A stretch of DNA of 34,995 nucleotides. It comes from Folioceros fuciformis (taxonomy: Eukaryota). The notes beneath the pieces were generated by a model that worked only from the letters and a program-made list of their open reading frames with translations, was not told where the DNA came from and did no database searches. Each line of letters opens with the position of its first letter. Positions within the stretch are counted from its first letter, which is position 1. Of this stretch, positions 24,101 to 34,995 are shown in pieces. The stretch is taken from positions 174,171-209,165 of the forward strand of contig JBNGIO010006293.1 in assembly GCA_049999805.1 (NCBI GenBank), read 5' to 3'. A program made the translations under genes and the position numbers.

Positions 24101-26959
24101 AATGTACGAAACGTGTGAATCAAACATAACCAGGTCATTCACGTCTGGCATACCTCTTTGGGAAGAATGTGCCCGACACAAGCATTGTCACAGACAAGGA
24201 GATAGTGACGAAGACAACCTGGGCAAGTCATATACATCCGACCATCAGCTGGACTGCCATCTATAGAGCCGACATTGTTACTACCCACAAATAAAAATTA
24301 TGACATGATGGACTAAGCAGAAGCCAATCCAATGGGGACAGACCAAGTATGTGATGAACCATGCAGAATAGAAGATCCATGGCCTTAGACCCATGATTAA
24401 CATCGTCTCTTTTGCCTTGGTTTCCTTTTCCTCAACCAATGCCTGAGGCAGGGAAAAACTTCAGTTCTAAGGGAATGAGTTCAATCGAGCCCAGCAGACA
24501 CGAACATAATCAACCATTTTGTTCCTAGACAAATGCTTGAAATCAAAATGAGAACAACAACCTTGACGAGCATAGCAAGAGGATAAAGTGTGCAAAGGCA
24601 CATCATCAGCCCCATCAGAGGTCCTACCTGCCAAAGAACTCAGACAATCACCAAAACGTACTCTTTTTCAACCCACCAACAAAATAAAGAAATAAAAAAA
24701 ATTGTTCAATGGTACAACCACTCTGTGTCTACTCTACACTTGTGTCACGAGCGCAACCACTGTACAGAGTTCTCAGCCACCACTTACAAGATGAGTGAGG
24801 AAATTCATTCTAAACAGCAGTCAGTCAGACATGATGGAAACGGTCCCAAGAAAACCAGGTCAAGAGCAGTACTGCGTCATAGAATTTGTTGTGAGAATAT
24901 TCAGAGACTGGAAACGGAACAGCCCACACTGGATGCTCTGAATAAATAGCAGCCTCTTTTGGTGTCATTGAAAGGTTTTGAAACACGTAAGAATTGATAG
25001 CGTCCTGCCATGACCAATAACACACTCAAGTTATTTGGCAAGGTGGATGGCAGGCTCTGAAGAGTCTAAGAAGATTCCAAGCACCTGCAAGCTGAGGAAC
25101 CCGGAAGTGTAGTAGTGCTTATAATATCGAAGGAGCCCATGACGATGTTTATGAGTAACACGCCATGTATTAGGAACTGTTGTGTAGTTCATTCGGATTG
25201 TGTAACTGATCTCCCCATTCATTGGATCAAGGCGATCTACAACCACTACTGCCCATAGTTGGTTCTCAAGGTCGGATAATGCTGCAGCAATAGCATCCTA
25301 CAGTGTACAGGACATAGTTGAAACATTATACATGAAACCTGGAAACAATGGCAGAAGGAATTGTCTCAATACCAAAAAACTACCTCCTCAGAAGCAAACG
25401 TTCCACCATAGTAGTCCGCAAAAGACTGCATGCATACACCAGAAACCATATGAATATGTTCACCATTCAGATTGAGCAGCCAGGAAAATCCACACCACGT
25501 TGCAGCTGACAAGGATCGGAAGGTTTAAAGAAGAAACCTCATAACTGGCTCGCATGTGATCTACGAGAGCTGCAACCTCTGATGAGTTGGGAGCAAAAGT
25601 GATCAGGCCCAAGTGAAGCAAGTTCCCTACCTGTAACATCGGATGCACACAAATCCCAAGGTGTTACAAGCGAACGCCTCGGTTAGAAGCAAACTACATT
25701 TGACAAGTCAATAATATGTCTAGCATGTGCTTAACCAATTAGAAAGTAGATTCAGTTTTCTGAACAAACCATATTTCCAAGCTTTTTCTCAGCGCGTACC
25801 ATGTCATCGTAGGTCTCATTCCCCCTCCCTGCAGGCCCAGCAGCGAGAAAGCCAGTTGAGTAATTACCAGTAGAAAACAGCGCAAGATTCAACTGTAGAT
25901 GGACCTACACGGGTCGGAGAGTAGATTTGTGTTGACATACCGAGTGCATTTTTAATCATCTTGTGAGATGCAACAAAGGCATCAAAGGTCGGCACAGGGA
26001 TAAGTCCATTGTAATGTCCAAACAGACTTAGTGTGGTGAACGAATCCTGCAGTGCAGTAAGACACTGCAGCACACTGAACATCAATTCAGGGGGGATTGG
26101 AAGTTGCTGGGGTAGGAGCTTATCCATTTTAGTTCCATTAATCGTGAGGCCCGTGACACCAGGCTGGAAACCAGGCTGCAGCATGCGTCTCAGGTACTCC
26201 TGCTGAAGAAAATGAAGTATAGCCTGTAGCTCCTCCTGGGCTGGTTGCTGTCAATGTTCATCATTCAAGCGTTTAGCCGCAAGCATTCCAATTGTTGAAA
26301 TGAAGAAGAACCAGGAGACAACGTACCTGTTTCAACAGGTCCGCTGCAGGACAGAATTGCAAGAGCGCATCAGTGTTGGAAAACACAGCATTGAAGCTCT
26401 CCATCAGAGGTACACCAGTTTCCGCAAAAATAGTGGTCTTGTACTGGACTGGGTTAGACAGAGACCAGCCTAAAACCAGTAGGGACATCATGAGAATTGG
26501 ACTAACAAGCTCCATAGCCGTTTGCATCCACCCCCGTTTCTGTATCAAGAAAATGATGACACGGTCATGCTTGATGAAGGCAAAGTGCGGACTTCATCTA
26601 AAAACCTGTGCTGCCTGTACCCACTCGGTAGCTAGAAACTCAGCAAACTGGTCTCCACACTTGAAGTAAATGATCTTCCCTGCATGCATTTTTGACAAAC
26701 CTTCATGCTACTTCTAATCCAGGTGAAAACAAACCTTGAATAGCCATTGACGGCGTAGCATAGCTTTGAGCTGCTGTTTTCTGCTTGCCAAATCTGGCAG
26801 CTGGCGACTGTCCACGGTGTCATATTCACTTGATCCTTGAACACCAAGAAGGCTTTCTGTCTCTCCCGCAGGACCTGACTCCTCATCTTGCCATCCATGG
26901 TGTGCAGGCGAAGTCGTGCGCGTGCTCAGCTCCACAGCAGACCTTGCCTCCATATTCAT
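18152..26959 (-). CDS. ABCA1: Full-size ABC transporter subfamily A (ABCA1-like), about 29 exons
   Basis: Two TMD-NBD halves. NBD1: [41 protein letters not shown]2: [39 protein letters not shown]. Also LVEEKETK and TTLEEVF/STLEQVF. Short GT-AG introns. Confidence 0.95.
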
Positions 26960-28627
26960 ATGGCTCTGACGTCTGACCCGTACAGCCCGGCTGGTCTTGC
27001 AACATGAGACCTTGAGCTATTGACTACTACATCAGTAGAAAGCCTCCTGCAACATTAACCTGTCCGGACATTACCAAAGCAACTGATTAAGACTCTGATG
27101 CAATCCGTTTGACCTGGAATGCCCACGACATTGACAAGAACTTGCCATCGTTTTGAGCCGGACCATAGCAGCTGGAGTCCAACTCCACTACGATTTCACC
27201 ACTGCTTTTGTCCAAGCTCTGCCTACCAAACCTGACCCCATTCCATCAAAGCCAGTCACAATTCAAACTCAACCGAAAGCGGATTTCTGTGTCCGGATCC
27301 ACTCGGAGGCCAAACCTGTGCGGGACGACACTACATACAGCAGTAAAATTTCCTTCTTGTACACTATCCAGCACCTGAAAACAAGTTGCATGCACTGAAG
27401 GCGACCTGTAAATTTCCAGGCGATAACAAACCAGCTCTTCAGGCCACACTATCCCTGGTCAAGTTCAATTCCATAGAAAACCCAGGATTCAGCGAGAAGA
27501 CAGACCATCCGTCCCTGGAATGAAAAACTGGTGCACTCTGAGCACGCATCCTGCTCACACTACCTCTCTAACCGCACACTCAGAAATTCCGAAAGAGGCC
27601 TGACACTCAGCGAGCAGCCCGCTTCCAATGGCAGCAGCAGAAAACAGCGTCTGATCCACCGGCAATCACCTGAGAGCGTGCGGAATCCTGTGCAACTAGA
27701 ATCCTCAACCTCCCAGCGTATTGCATCAAATGGAGCGCGAATTGCTCCAGGAATACGCCACCTGAAGAAGCTGGCCAGCCTTGCCACCTGATTGTCGAAG
27801 GGGGTGATCGCGCGCGGTCAAAGAAGCCGTGTGGGCGAGAACAGGCTCCCCGAGAGCTTGCGCTCAAAAACTTTCCAGGACCCTGCGGCCGAGTGTTGCC
27901 TCCACGTTTCGCCGGGAAGGTCGTTTCGCCAGTTGGAACTTGTCCGCTTGTTGGGAAGGGTTCCGCCAGGACGACGCTCCCGAAGTTTTCCCGACGCGTC
28001 TGTGGACACTTTCACAGACGCCTGCCCAAGGGATGAAAGTTTCATGGAAGATGGCGGGCTCGCAGGATACGGGTCTACTGTAAGCTCCTGTCACTTGTCG
28101 CATGTGGCTTCCGAGGACTTCGTCTTCAACGTGATTATTCCTTAACTCCTAGTTTTTCTAGCTAAAACCTGACCGTTATTAGCACTCTAAAATGCCCATG
28201 TACATAAATTGTTACTATTTAATGATTATTTATTTATTTATAAAAATCAAGAGAAAAAAAAATATTTCTAAAGGTCATGGACTTGTAAGCTTTATATTAT
28301 GCAAGTGCTTAATTATCTAGAGAAATAGATGCACATGAATAAGAGATGGCAAAGCTCATGTTATATATGTGGAGCTTTGTTCCAATACAAATAACTAATC
28401 CTCTATTTAGTTTAGAAAAACAAAATAAAAAAACTAATTTATTCTAGAGAGAGATAAAGCATGATAAGGACTCCATGAGCTAACCCCTTGAAACGTAATG
28501 ATTACCAATAGCACCTAAAATATCATGGTTTAGATAGTTAAGAAGGAAAAGGGTCTACCTATTGTTGGAGTTGCTAACACCACCTCATGCCAATGTTGTC
28601 ATCTTGTATGAATCAATGTGAAGTGTG

Positions 28628-29052
28628 ACAATGTTAAAAAGTATGTGAGACCCTTTTTTTTTTGTCACCCTAAACCTTAAACCTTAAACCCTAATCCCTA
28701 ATCCCTAAACCCTAGCATTAGTGTTAGGAAGGAAGTCTTAATGCATAAAAACCTAGGTGCTAATATGAACTTGGGAGACTTAATTAAGGAGTTCCCTTAT
28801 GACTATGTATACCAACCAAGCTATCCAGACTTTGCCAAGCTTATGGTGCAAAACTAAAAGTTTTATTTATTTTAGAATAACAAAATAAAAAACCCATTTA
28901 ACAATTAATTATTTTGTTGTAAAAAAATCAAAAGTATAGACATAATAAAAAGTTTAGAAAAGTATCCACAAATATCTTAAAGCTTACTCGAATCTTCCTA
29001 ATTTAGCAGTTATTCTAAATATAGAAGGGTCTCACATCCTTTCTAACATTGT
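28628..29052. mobile_element. AT-rich segment bounded by a 28-bp inverted repeat (non-autonomous/MITE-like remnant)
   Basis: acaatgttaaaaagtatgtgagaccctt (28628-28655) versus the reverse complement of 29025-29052, 2 mismatches. No TSD identified. Confidence 0.55.
28668..28714 (+). repeat. Interstitial plant telomere-like tract (CCCTAAA variants)
   Basis: ccctaaa ccttaaa ccttaaa ccctaat ccctaat ccctaaa cccta. Confidence 0.85.
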
Positions 29053-29389
29053 TGTGCACACACTCTTTTTTGACTCAACTCAACATTCTCAAGTCCTTTT
29101 ATTCAACACTTTTGTCTTCTTAGAGCTACTTAATTAGCATTAACTTTCTTAAAATCACATCACTTTCTTAAGAGGTTATTGGAAGTGTTAAGGTTTGTAT
29201 GCGAGTCAATGTCGTCAGAGAATAGTGGGTAACTTGAAGATTCAATTTTGTGGGTCCCATATGATCATCCTCGGAAATTACACAATTACTCTCAATATGA
29301 TTTTAAGATGTGTGCTATGAGTTCTATATATGTTAGAATATCAAACTAATTACTTACGTTGTTTACATTGATTACATAGATACAAGAAA

Positions 29390-29875
29390 ATGAACGAAAT
29401 TAAACAGCGGAAAAGCAAGAGAACGCAGAACATGATATACCAGAGAGTGAGATCAAACACAGAACATAAGAACAATATAACAAGAAAGACAAGTCGTGCC
29501 CTAAGCATGAAGAAAGAAGAGTGGCGAGACAAAGAACTTCAAATCATTAGAAAAGTAGAAGCATTGAACCTTGGACAATCAAATCTAGAAGAAAATAAAC
29601 GTGAACTTCAAATAATAAAAGGAATAGAACTTTTGAACTTGGGACAGTCTAATATAGAAGAAAAAAAAAATCAAGACAATATTGAAGTTCTTCAAGACTT
29701 AAAAGATTTTAACATGGTAGAAAATACAAGCCCATGTAATGTTCAAGAGTCACAATATCCTAGAAGTAATGACACAACAAAAACTGTAAATCCAAATGTT
29801 ATTCGGGTAGTAGAGTACCCTGAAGATTTTTCATCCGACCTTGTTCCTGATTTTTTCGTGAATATTTATTATTAA
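29390..29875 (+). other. AT-rich 161-codon ORF with an internal 23-aa (69-bp) duplication, probably TE-derived
   Basis: ELQIIRKVEALNLGQSNLEENKR / ELQIIKGIELLNLGQSNIEEKKN at 29534 and 29603. Composition differs from the host genes. Confidence 0.4.
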
Positions 29876-29929
29876 CATATATATTCCGATGTCCAAGTTA
29901 AGCTATTTAGGGTTTTGTATATCAAGTAA

Positions 29930-30270
29930 AGTACTTAAGTTTTTCTTCCTTGCTCTTGAGATTCATGGGGCTATGCATAAGGACTTTTCAAGGTTTATCA
30001 AGGAGTGCACCAAGGTTTATCAAAGTGATAGGAATGGTGTTCTCCTCTTTCCTTTGTGGCCTTCTTTCGACAACGTATATCCATTGCTTTGTGGCCTTCT
30101 TTCGACAACGTATATCCATTGCTTTGTGGCCTTCTTTCGACAACGTATATCCATTGCTTTGTGGCCTTGTTTCGACAACGTATATCCATTGCTTTGTAAA
30201 GAGCATTGCCCAATACAATTTTTAGAAGATCAATAAGAACAGGTCGAGCAACTTCTTCAACAGTAGTAAT
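29930..30270 (+). pseudogene. 3' fragment of a CRE-like (restriction-like endonuclease) non-LTR retrotransposon ORF
   Basis: FFLALEIHGAMHKDFSRFIKE...AFFRQRISIAL*RA resembles the RLE C-terminal pattern F.P.A.E..G......F.....RQRISIALQR, with CAA>TAA at the Gln. Confidence 0.65.
30052..30197. repeat. 4 x 35-bp tandem repeat (plus 6 bp)
   Basis: ctttgtggccttctttcgacaacgtatatccattg at 30052, 30087, 30122 and 30157. One substitution in copy 4. No spacers. Confidence 0.97.
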
Positions 30271-30376
30271 AGGTAGGCCTTATGTTGTTTCAACATGACA
30301 TTTTGGCTGCATTAGATATTTTATTGAGAATAATGTTCAAAGGGCCAGGAATTCGCATCCACCACATAACGTAAAA

Positions 30377-30414
30377 TATGACTAGTTTACAATGCTATGA
30401 CTAGTTTACAATGC
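30377..30414. repeat. Exact 19-bp tandem duplication
   Basis: tatgactagtttacaatgc twice. Confidence 0.9.
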
Positions 30415-30657
30415 AGAAATTCAGTTCGGATTCCAGTGTTATCAGTATTGCATCGCAGAGTTCATATTTTGATGCCAAAAGGCTGTCTTTCGCAAAAAGT
30501 GATCACTAAGCACTTACAAACACAAAACTGGTGCTCTCTACGCGCGGGAGCTGAAGGCTCAGCCACAGACGAACTGGGAGGTACCGGCCATTGACTGATC
30601 CCGCAGTGGGCTCAACGAGCATGACACACTGATAGTTGTATTCTCACGGGTTTGAAC

Positions 30658-30685
30658 CAGCAGCAACAGCAGCAGCAGCAGCAGC
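30658..30685. repeat. (CAG)n microsatellite
   Basis: cagcagcaacagcagcagcagcagcagc. Confidence 0.85.
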
Positions 30686-31541
30686 CAGTCCAGCAAGATG
30701 CAGCAGCTGGGTCATACAGTTCACTCACTTCAACAGAGGGTCTCGGCAGGGGGAATTGTTAAAGGCCCTACCACCACATAAGCAAGAGTATCTGTGCCTA
30801 CCATTCAAGATAATATATCCTGCAGGCACAGAGGAAGCACACAAACTTGTGTTTCATGGAACGAGCCAGGAAGCGAAGAAAAACATAAGCACACTTCAGG
30901 GAACAAGAAAGATGAAATCTGGCTCTTCCCATCGCAGCCACACCTGGATATGCCCTTGGATATTAGAAGAAAATTATATGCAAAGTCTCATTGGCCGAAA
31001 CAGCTTAAGGTACAACGGACCCTTTACATGGCAGCTACATCTTAGCACTGGCCTCATATTATCACTGCAGACCATAGTGACCGATGATTGTACGTACTAC
31101 TTAATCCATTGCCCCATCCATTGTCATTGACTGCCAATGGACATCAACCGGTTAAATTCCACAAAGACCAGCTCTCCTTTCAGTCCAAGTGGATTCCTCC
31201 TCTCCTCATGCAAAAGCACTGCCTAGAAAAGATACAAGATATGATCTTCCCATGCACCCCGCCACGGACAGGGCATGCTATGACAGCTTAACAAGAGGGG
31301 GATATTAATTACTGTTCTACATCAAATGGACACAATCAGAAGATATCAGAATACAGCGACAAGGCCCTACAAGTATACCTGGTCCTTAAACTTGCAAGGC
31401 TTCTTGCATGAGCGCACCGTGCTTGCACGTATGTGTACTGGCAGGCAAGCCCTGCCTCTCACCACCAACAGTGACAAATACAAGGGTAGAGAGCCCAAAA
31501 ACAATACATTCTACAGAAAATCCCCCACAAGCCACTGACTT

Positions 31542-34500
31542 TTATGTGTCCTGGAGCTTGCCATAGCCCTCTGCTATAGTAGAAGGCTTTCCATCTTTCT
31601 CCGACTCCCTTGTTTCCCCAAACCTCTCTGCTCCTGGGCGAGACTTGTTCCGTTTCATGTGATGACTCAGGTTGGACCCCACCCCATTTCCCGCTTCCGT
31701 CTCTTGGTTCTCATTTGCTCCATTTCTCCCATGATGCCAATTCTTGTGGTCATACACTTTTTTTTCCGAGTTGCGCATGTTCTGACCTGTTTCTGCTGCT
31801 TGTGCTGCTCGCCGTGCGGCTTGCTGGAGTTGACGTTCATGGTCCTCTAAAAGTTCTTCTATATCTACCGTGTAGCCTTGATGAAGCAAAGGACCCGAAT
31901 GGTACATTCTCTCGGCTTGACTCTGGTAGCTCTGCAAACAAATGAAGGGAAGCGTTAATTCACAATGGGCCATTTGGAATCCAGGAGTGGAGGAGTGCTG
32001 AAGGACAAAACTAATTACCCAAGGTTGATGGTTCCTTTGGTACTCCACTGCACTCAAAGGAACCGTCAACCAGCACTTCATAGACTACGTTGCCAACAAA
32101 CAGAAAAATCACCATGGTTGATGGTTCCTTTGATACCCCACGGCTCTCCCTGTGGCGAGTCTCCGTGGCCTGAGCTCCTTCGACATTCTTGTAACTGTCT
32201 GACACCTGGTCACGCTTGTATGAGGCATCGGAGCGGTGAGCGTCCAGCTGCTCTCGCTTTACATCAGGGCGGTCCCGCCTATTTCCTGATTCCACCTGCT
32301 CCCGCCTACTGCTGCTGTGCGCATCACCCCGGCGCACACCTTCACCCTCTGTGATTCTCTCTCTTTGCCTGGAACTGCCACGCTCCCGGGGATGGTCTCC
32401 GGCAGCACCGTTCCTGGGTGGTGCTCCAGCACTGGGTGCATCTGCAGCGGGTTGCTGCCCATAGGTCGACTGAGTGGTGAAATCAGAAACCGTCATAGAC
32501 TTCGTCGACCTTGAACTCGGACGCGTAGACGCATTCCTCATATCCTCATCTTTTTTTTTATTCCATGTTCCTCCTGTGCTAGGATTAACAAGGGGCTGCG
32601 GTCCTGACCTCGTCGAGGCAGGGTGGGCATAGGGACGCACCACTGGCGGGGCTGGTGAGGTCGCTTGACCCCCTCTAGAGCTATCGATACCATAACCACC
32701 AGTTGAGTCTTCGTGAACAGGGGCAAATTTCTCGCTTTTGCTCTTTGACGCTGGCTGGTTACGTCTTTTCTGCATACGCAAAGACCATGGCAAAATTTTT
32801 TACGGTTACAATTGACATGAGGACTTCTTGCAATGCCTCGAGAAACGGGGCGAAGCTTCCACATTCACGATCAGTGTCAGAAGACAAAGAACCACCCAGA
32901 ACTCGAAGACGTCCCAAGCATACATTCCATCATCCACATCCCCCATAATCAACAAGTGCACAGGACGAAAAAAAAAACTCACACAACACAGGGCTAAATG
33001 AACCACAAAGTTACCTGCATTCCAAGTGGCACGTCAGGGTTTGCATCAGGTGCAGGAGGTGCCTTCCCAATGCGGTCACCACGAGAGGGACGTCTAGCAG
33101 CATCTCCACGCGATCGTCCACCAGCAGCTCGTTGCCTACAATCCCGGGGTACAATAATAGCTCTCACGGACAGTTCAGAAGACCACGCCAAAAAAACACG
33201 AAAAACACAGCTCAGGTCAGGAGAAGCATACCTCCGATTCTCTTCATCTCGAATTTTGGCATCAAACTCTTTGCTCGGAGGGTATTGGGGCAAGCTTGAA
33301 GGATCGCACGCAAGTGGTTTAGAGGTGAAGAACTGCAACAAAGCTGCCAGTCATCACTACACAGCTCTTCCACCTCGGTCTCCTCATACAAAGACCAGTC
33401 AATCTACTATTCAATGCTTTAGCTCGGGAGGACGATTACACAATGGTATCTAGTGCCTCGGCATCGTACCTCACTCTTCAGTGCAGCGGATGCCGTACCC
33501 CTGTCGGCTGGCTCAATGGCAAGGAGAGTGTCTAAAAGCGCCAGGGATGACTGAGGAAAATCCTTGAAAGTATCAGAAATGCATCGCTTGTAAGGCTGCT
33601 GAGGCTTGAAAATGGTTGCATGAGGCAACTTGGACTTGCGCCAGTATTCCTCAGATGGGGAGCCACATAGCTTGAAGATCTTATGCAATTGCTCAACCTG
33701 CCGACATCACACAACACCAAGGACGTTAAGCAACGGCAAGGGGGATTCCGGCAATTTGCCTCAGAACACTCATGGAGTTCCGGTCACGTACCTCTGTTCT
33801 GCCTGGCATTATCGGCTTCCCAGCTAGAAGCTCTGCCAATATGCAACCCGTACTCCACAGGTCCACGGCAACCCCATACTCAGTAGCCCCGAGCAGGAGC
33901 TCAGGCGGCCGGTACCAAAGGGTGACAACACGACTCGTGAGAGGAACCTTCTGATCTGGATGGTAAAAGGTGGCAAGCCCAAAGTCAGCGATCTTCAGGC
34001 TCCCACCATTATCCAGAAGGAGGTTGGAACCCTTGATGTCACGATGCAGCACACCCCGTGTGTGGCAATGTTCGAGACCCCTCAGGAGCTGCTGCAAGTA
34101 GCACTTAACCTGCAAAGATGGGGAAAGCATCAGCACAAGAAGGATAGACATGGCGAAAGAGAAGACAAAGGACTGAGAGAGGCAAAGGGCATCCGTACCT
34201 GAGCCTCGGTAAAGCTTATACCAGGACATGCAGCCAAGCCTGCCAGGTCATGTTCCATATACTCAAACACAAGATACAGGCTGCAGGACATCCTAGACGT
34301 GACAAGCCCCTCCAGCTTGACAACATTGGGATGATCCAGCCTGCGTAGGACCTGGATCTCTCGTGCCATGAACCGCACGCTCTCAGGCTCCCCGTTATCG
34401 AACCTGACTTTCTTGAGTGCCACAATCTTCAAGGTATCAAGGTCACGAGCTTTGTAGACATTGCTGTAGGTTCCCTGGCCAATCTGCAACCGCGCACAGC

Positions 34501-34983
34501 AGCACAGGGACACAGCTCACAACCTCGCCGTACAAACATGACAAAGAAGCGGCTGAGCGACTCACTCACCTTGTCAAGCTTCTCGAAAGAATCAGCCCGG
34601 CGCGGAATCCAGCCCTTGATAGCCTCCCCCGCCACCTGCGACAGCCACTGCGGCCAGCCCGCCGCCACCTGCTCCCCTTCCGTGTTCTTGATAGGATTGC
34701 TCAACCGGGGATTAGGTTCCGCCTGGGCATGCCTTTCCATGTGGCCCCTCCGCCTCTCCGGGACCTCGTCCTGCGCAGCCACGACAGTGCCATTCTGCTT
34801 AGGCTGCTTCACCTTGGCCCGTTCTTTCTCCTTCTCAAACACTCCATTCGGGATTTCCACCGTCTCCACCTTAGCACTGGCATTGGAGCGCCTCCCAGAC
34901 GACCTGGCCGATGGCGCCTTGTCCTGCTTGGGACTCTGAGACTCCTCTCGCGGCGACCCCTCCTTCGAACTGACACAGCCCAT
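31542..34983 (-). CDS. CDKC-related (CKL / At1g54610-type) Ser/Thr protein kinase, about 837 aa, 8 exons
   Basis: Exons 34983-34570, 34483-34199, 34109-33792, 33697-33470, 33332-33232, 33135-33015, 32769-32113 and 31931-31542 are in frame. N-terminus MGCVSSK. Motifs GEQVAAGWP, IGQGTYSNVY, ESVRFMAREI, HRDIKGSN, DFG, VVTLWYRPPE, YPPSKE, HSGPL. Confidence 0.96.
32013..32144 (-). repeat. Duplicated exon end/donor with an interposed inverted copy in the kinase's last coding intron
   Basis: ggttgatggttcctttg at 32023-32039 and 32116-32132. Inverted copy caaaggaaccgtcaacc at 32055-32071. Confidence 0.9.
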
Positions 34984-34995
34984 CCCTGCTCACTC

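Noticed and set aside
15064-26959. Lipid-metabolism gene cluster (CAC3 plus ABCA)
   Set aside because: Adjacency of two genes in a compact genome is not evidence without synteny or co-expression data.
27153-28145. ORFs upstream of ABCA
   Set aside because: Likely 5' UTR, intron and promoter; no coding signatures.
30052-30197. CRISPR array (35-bp repeats)
   Set aside because: Units are head-to-tail with no spacers, there are no cas genes, the context is eukaryotic, and the unit derives from a retrotransposon ORF.
30397-31538. Plus-strand ORFs, including a poly-Ala ORF
   Set aside because: Antisense to the probable kinase 3' UTR, with the poly-Ala coming from the CAG microsatellite. No domains.

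Overview
Eukaryotic nuclear DNA from a land plant. Short GT-AG introns, high gene density and AT-rich decayed TEs between GC-richer genes suggest a compact bryophyte genome such as a hornwort (inference). The left third (~0.9-11.2 kb) is a transposon nest. It holds a 5'-truncated LINE with a poly(A) tail and an exact 11-bp TSD, and a decayed PIF/Harbinger transposase with its convergent trihelix Myb/SANT partner ORF. Next to these lies a decayed beta-class N4-cytosine/N6-adenine DNA methyltransferase-like gene, followed by a full-length pogo/Tc2-like element with TIRs and a TA TSD. Four host genes follow: a PP1-binding C3H6/PNUTS-like gene (+), plastid acetyl-CoA carboxylase alpha-CT (-), a full-size ABCA transporter (-) and a CDKC-like (CKL) kinase (-). 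A second TE patch at 28.1-30.3 kb contains an inverted repeat, a telomere-like tract and a CRE-like RLE fragment. The top leads are a Harbinger element that may carry an amino-DNA-methyltransferase as cargo, and competing RNA stems around a duplicated splice donor in the kinase's last coding intron.
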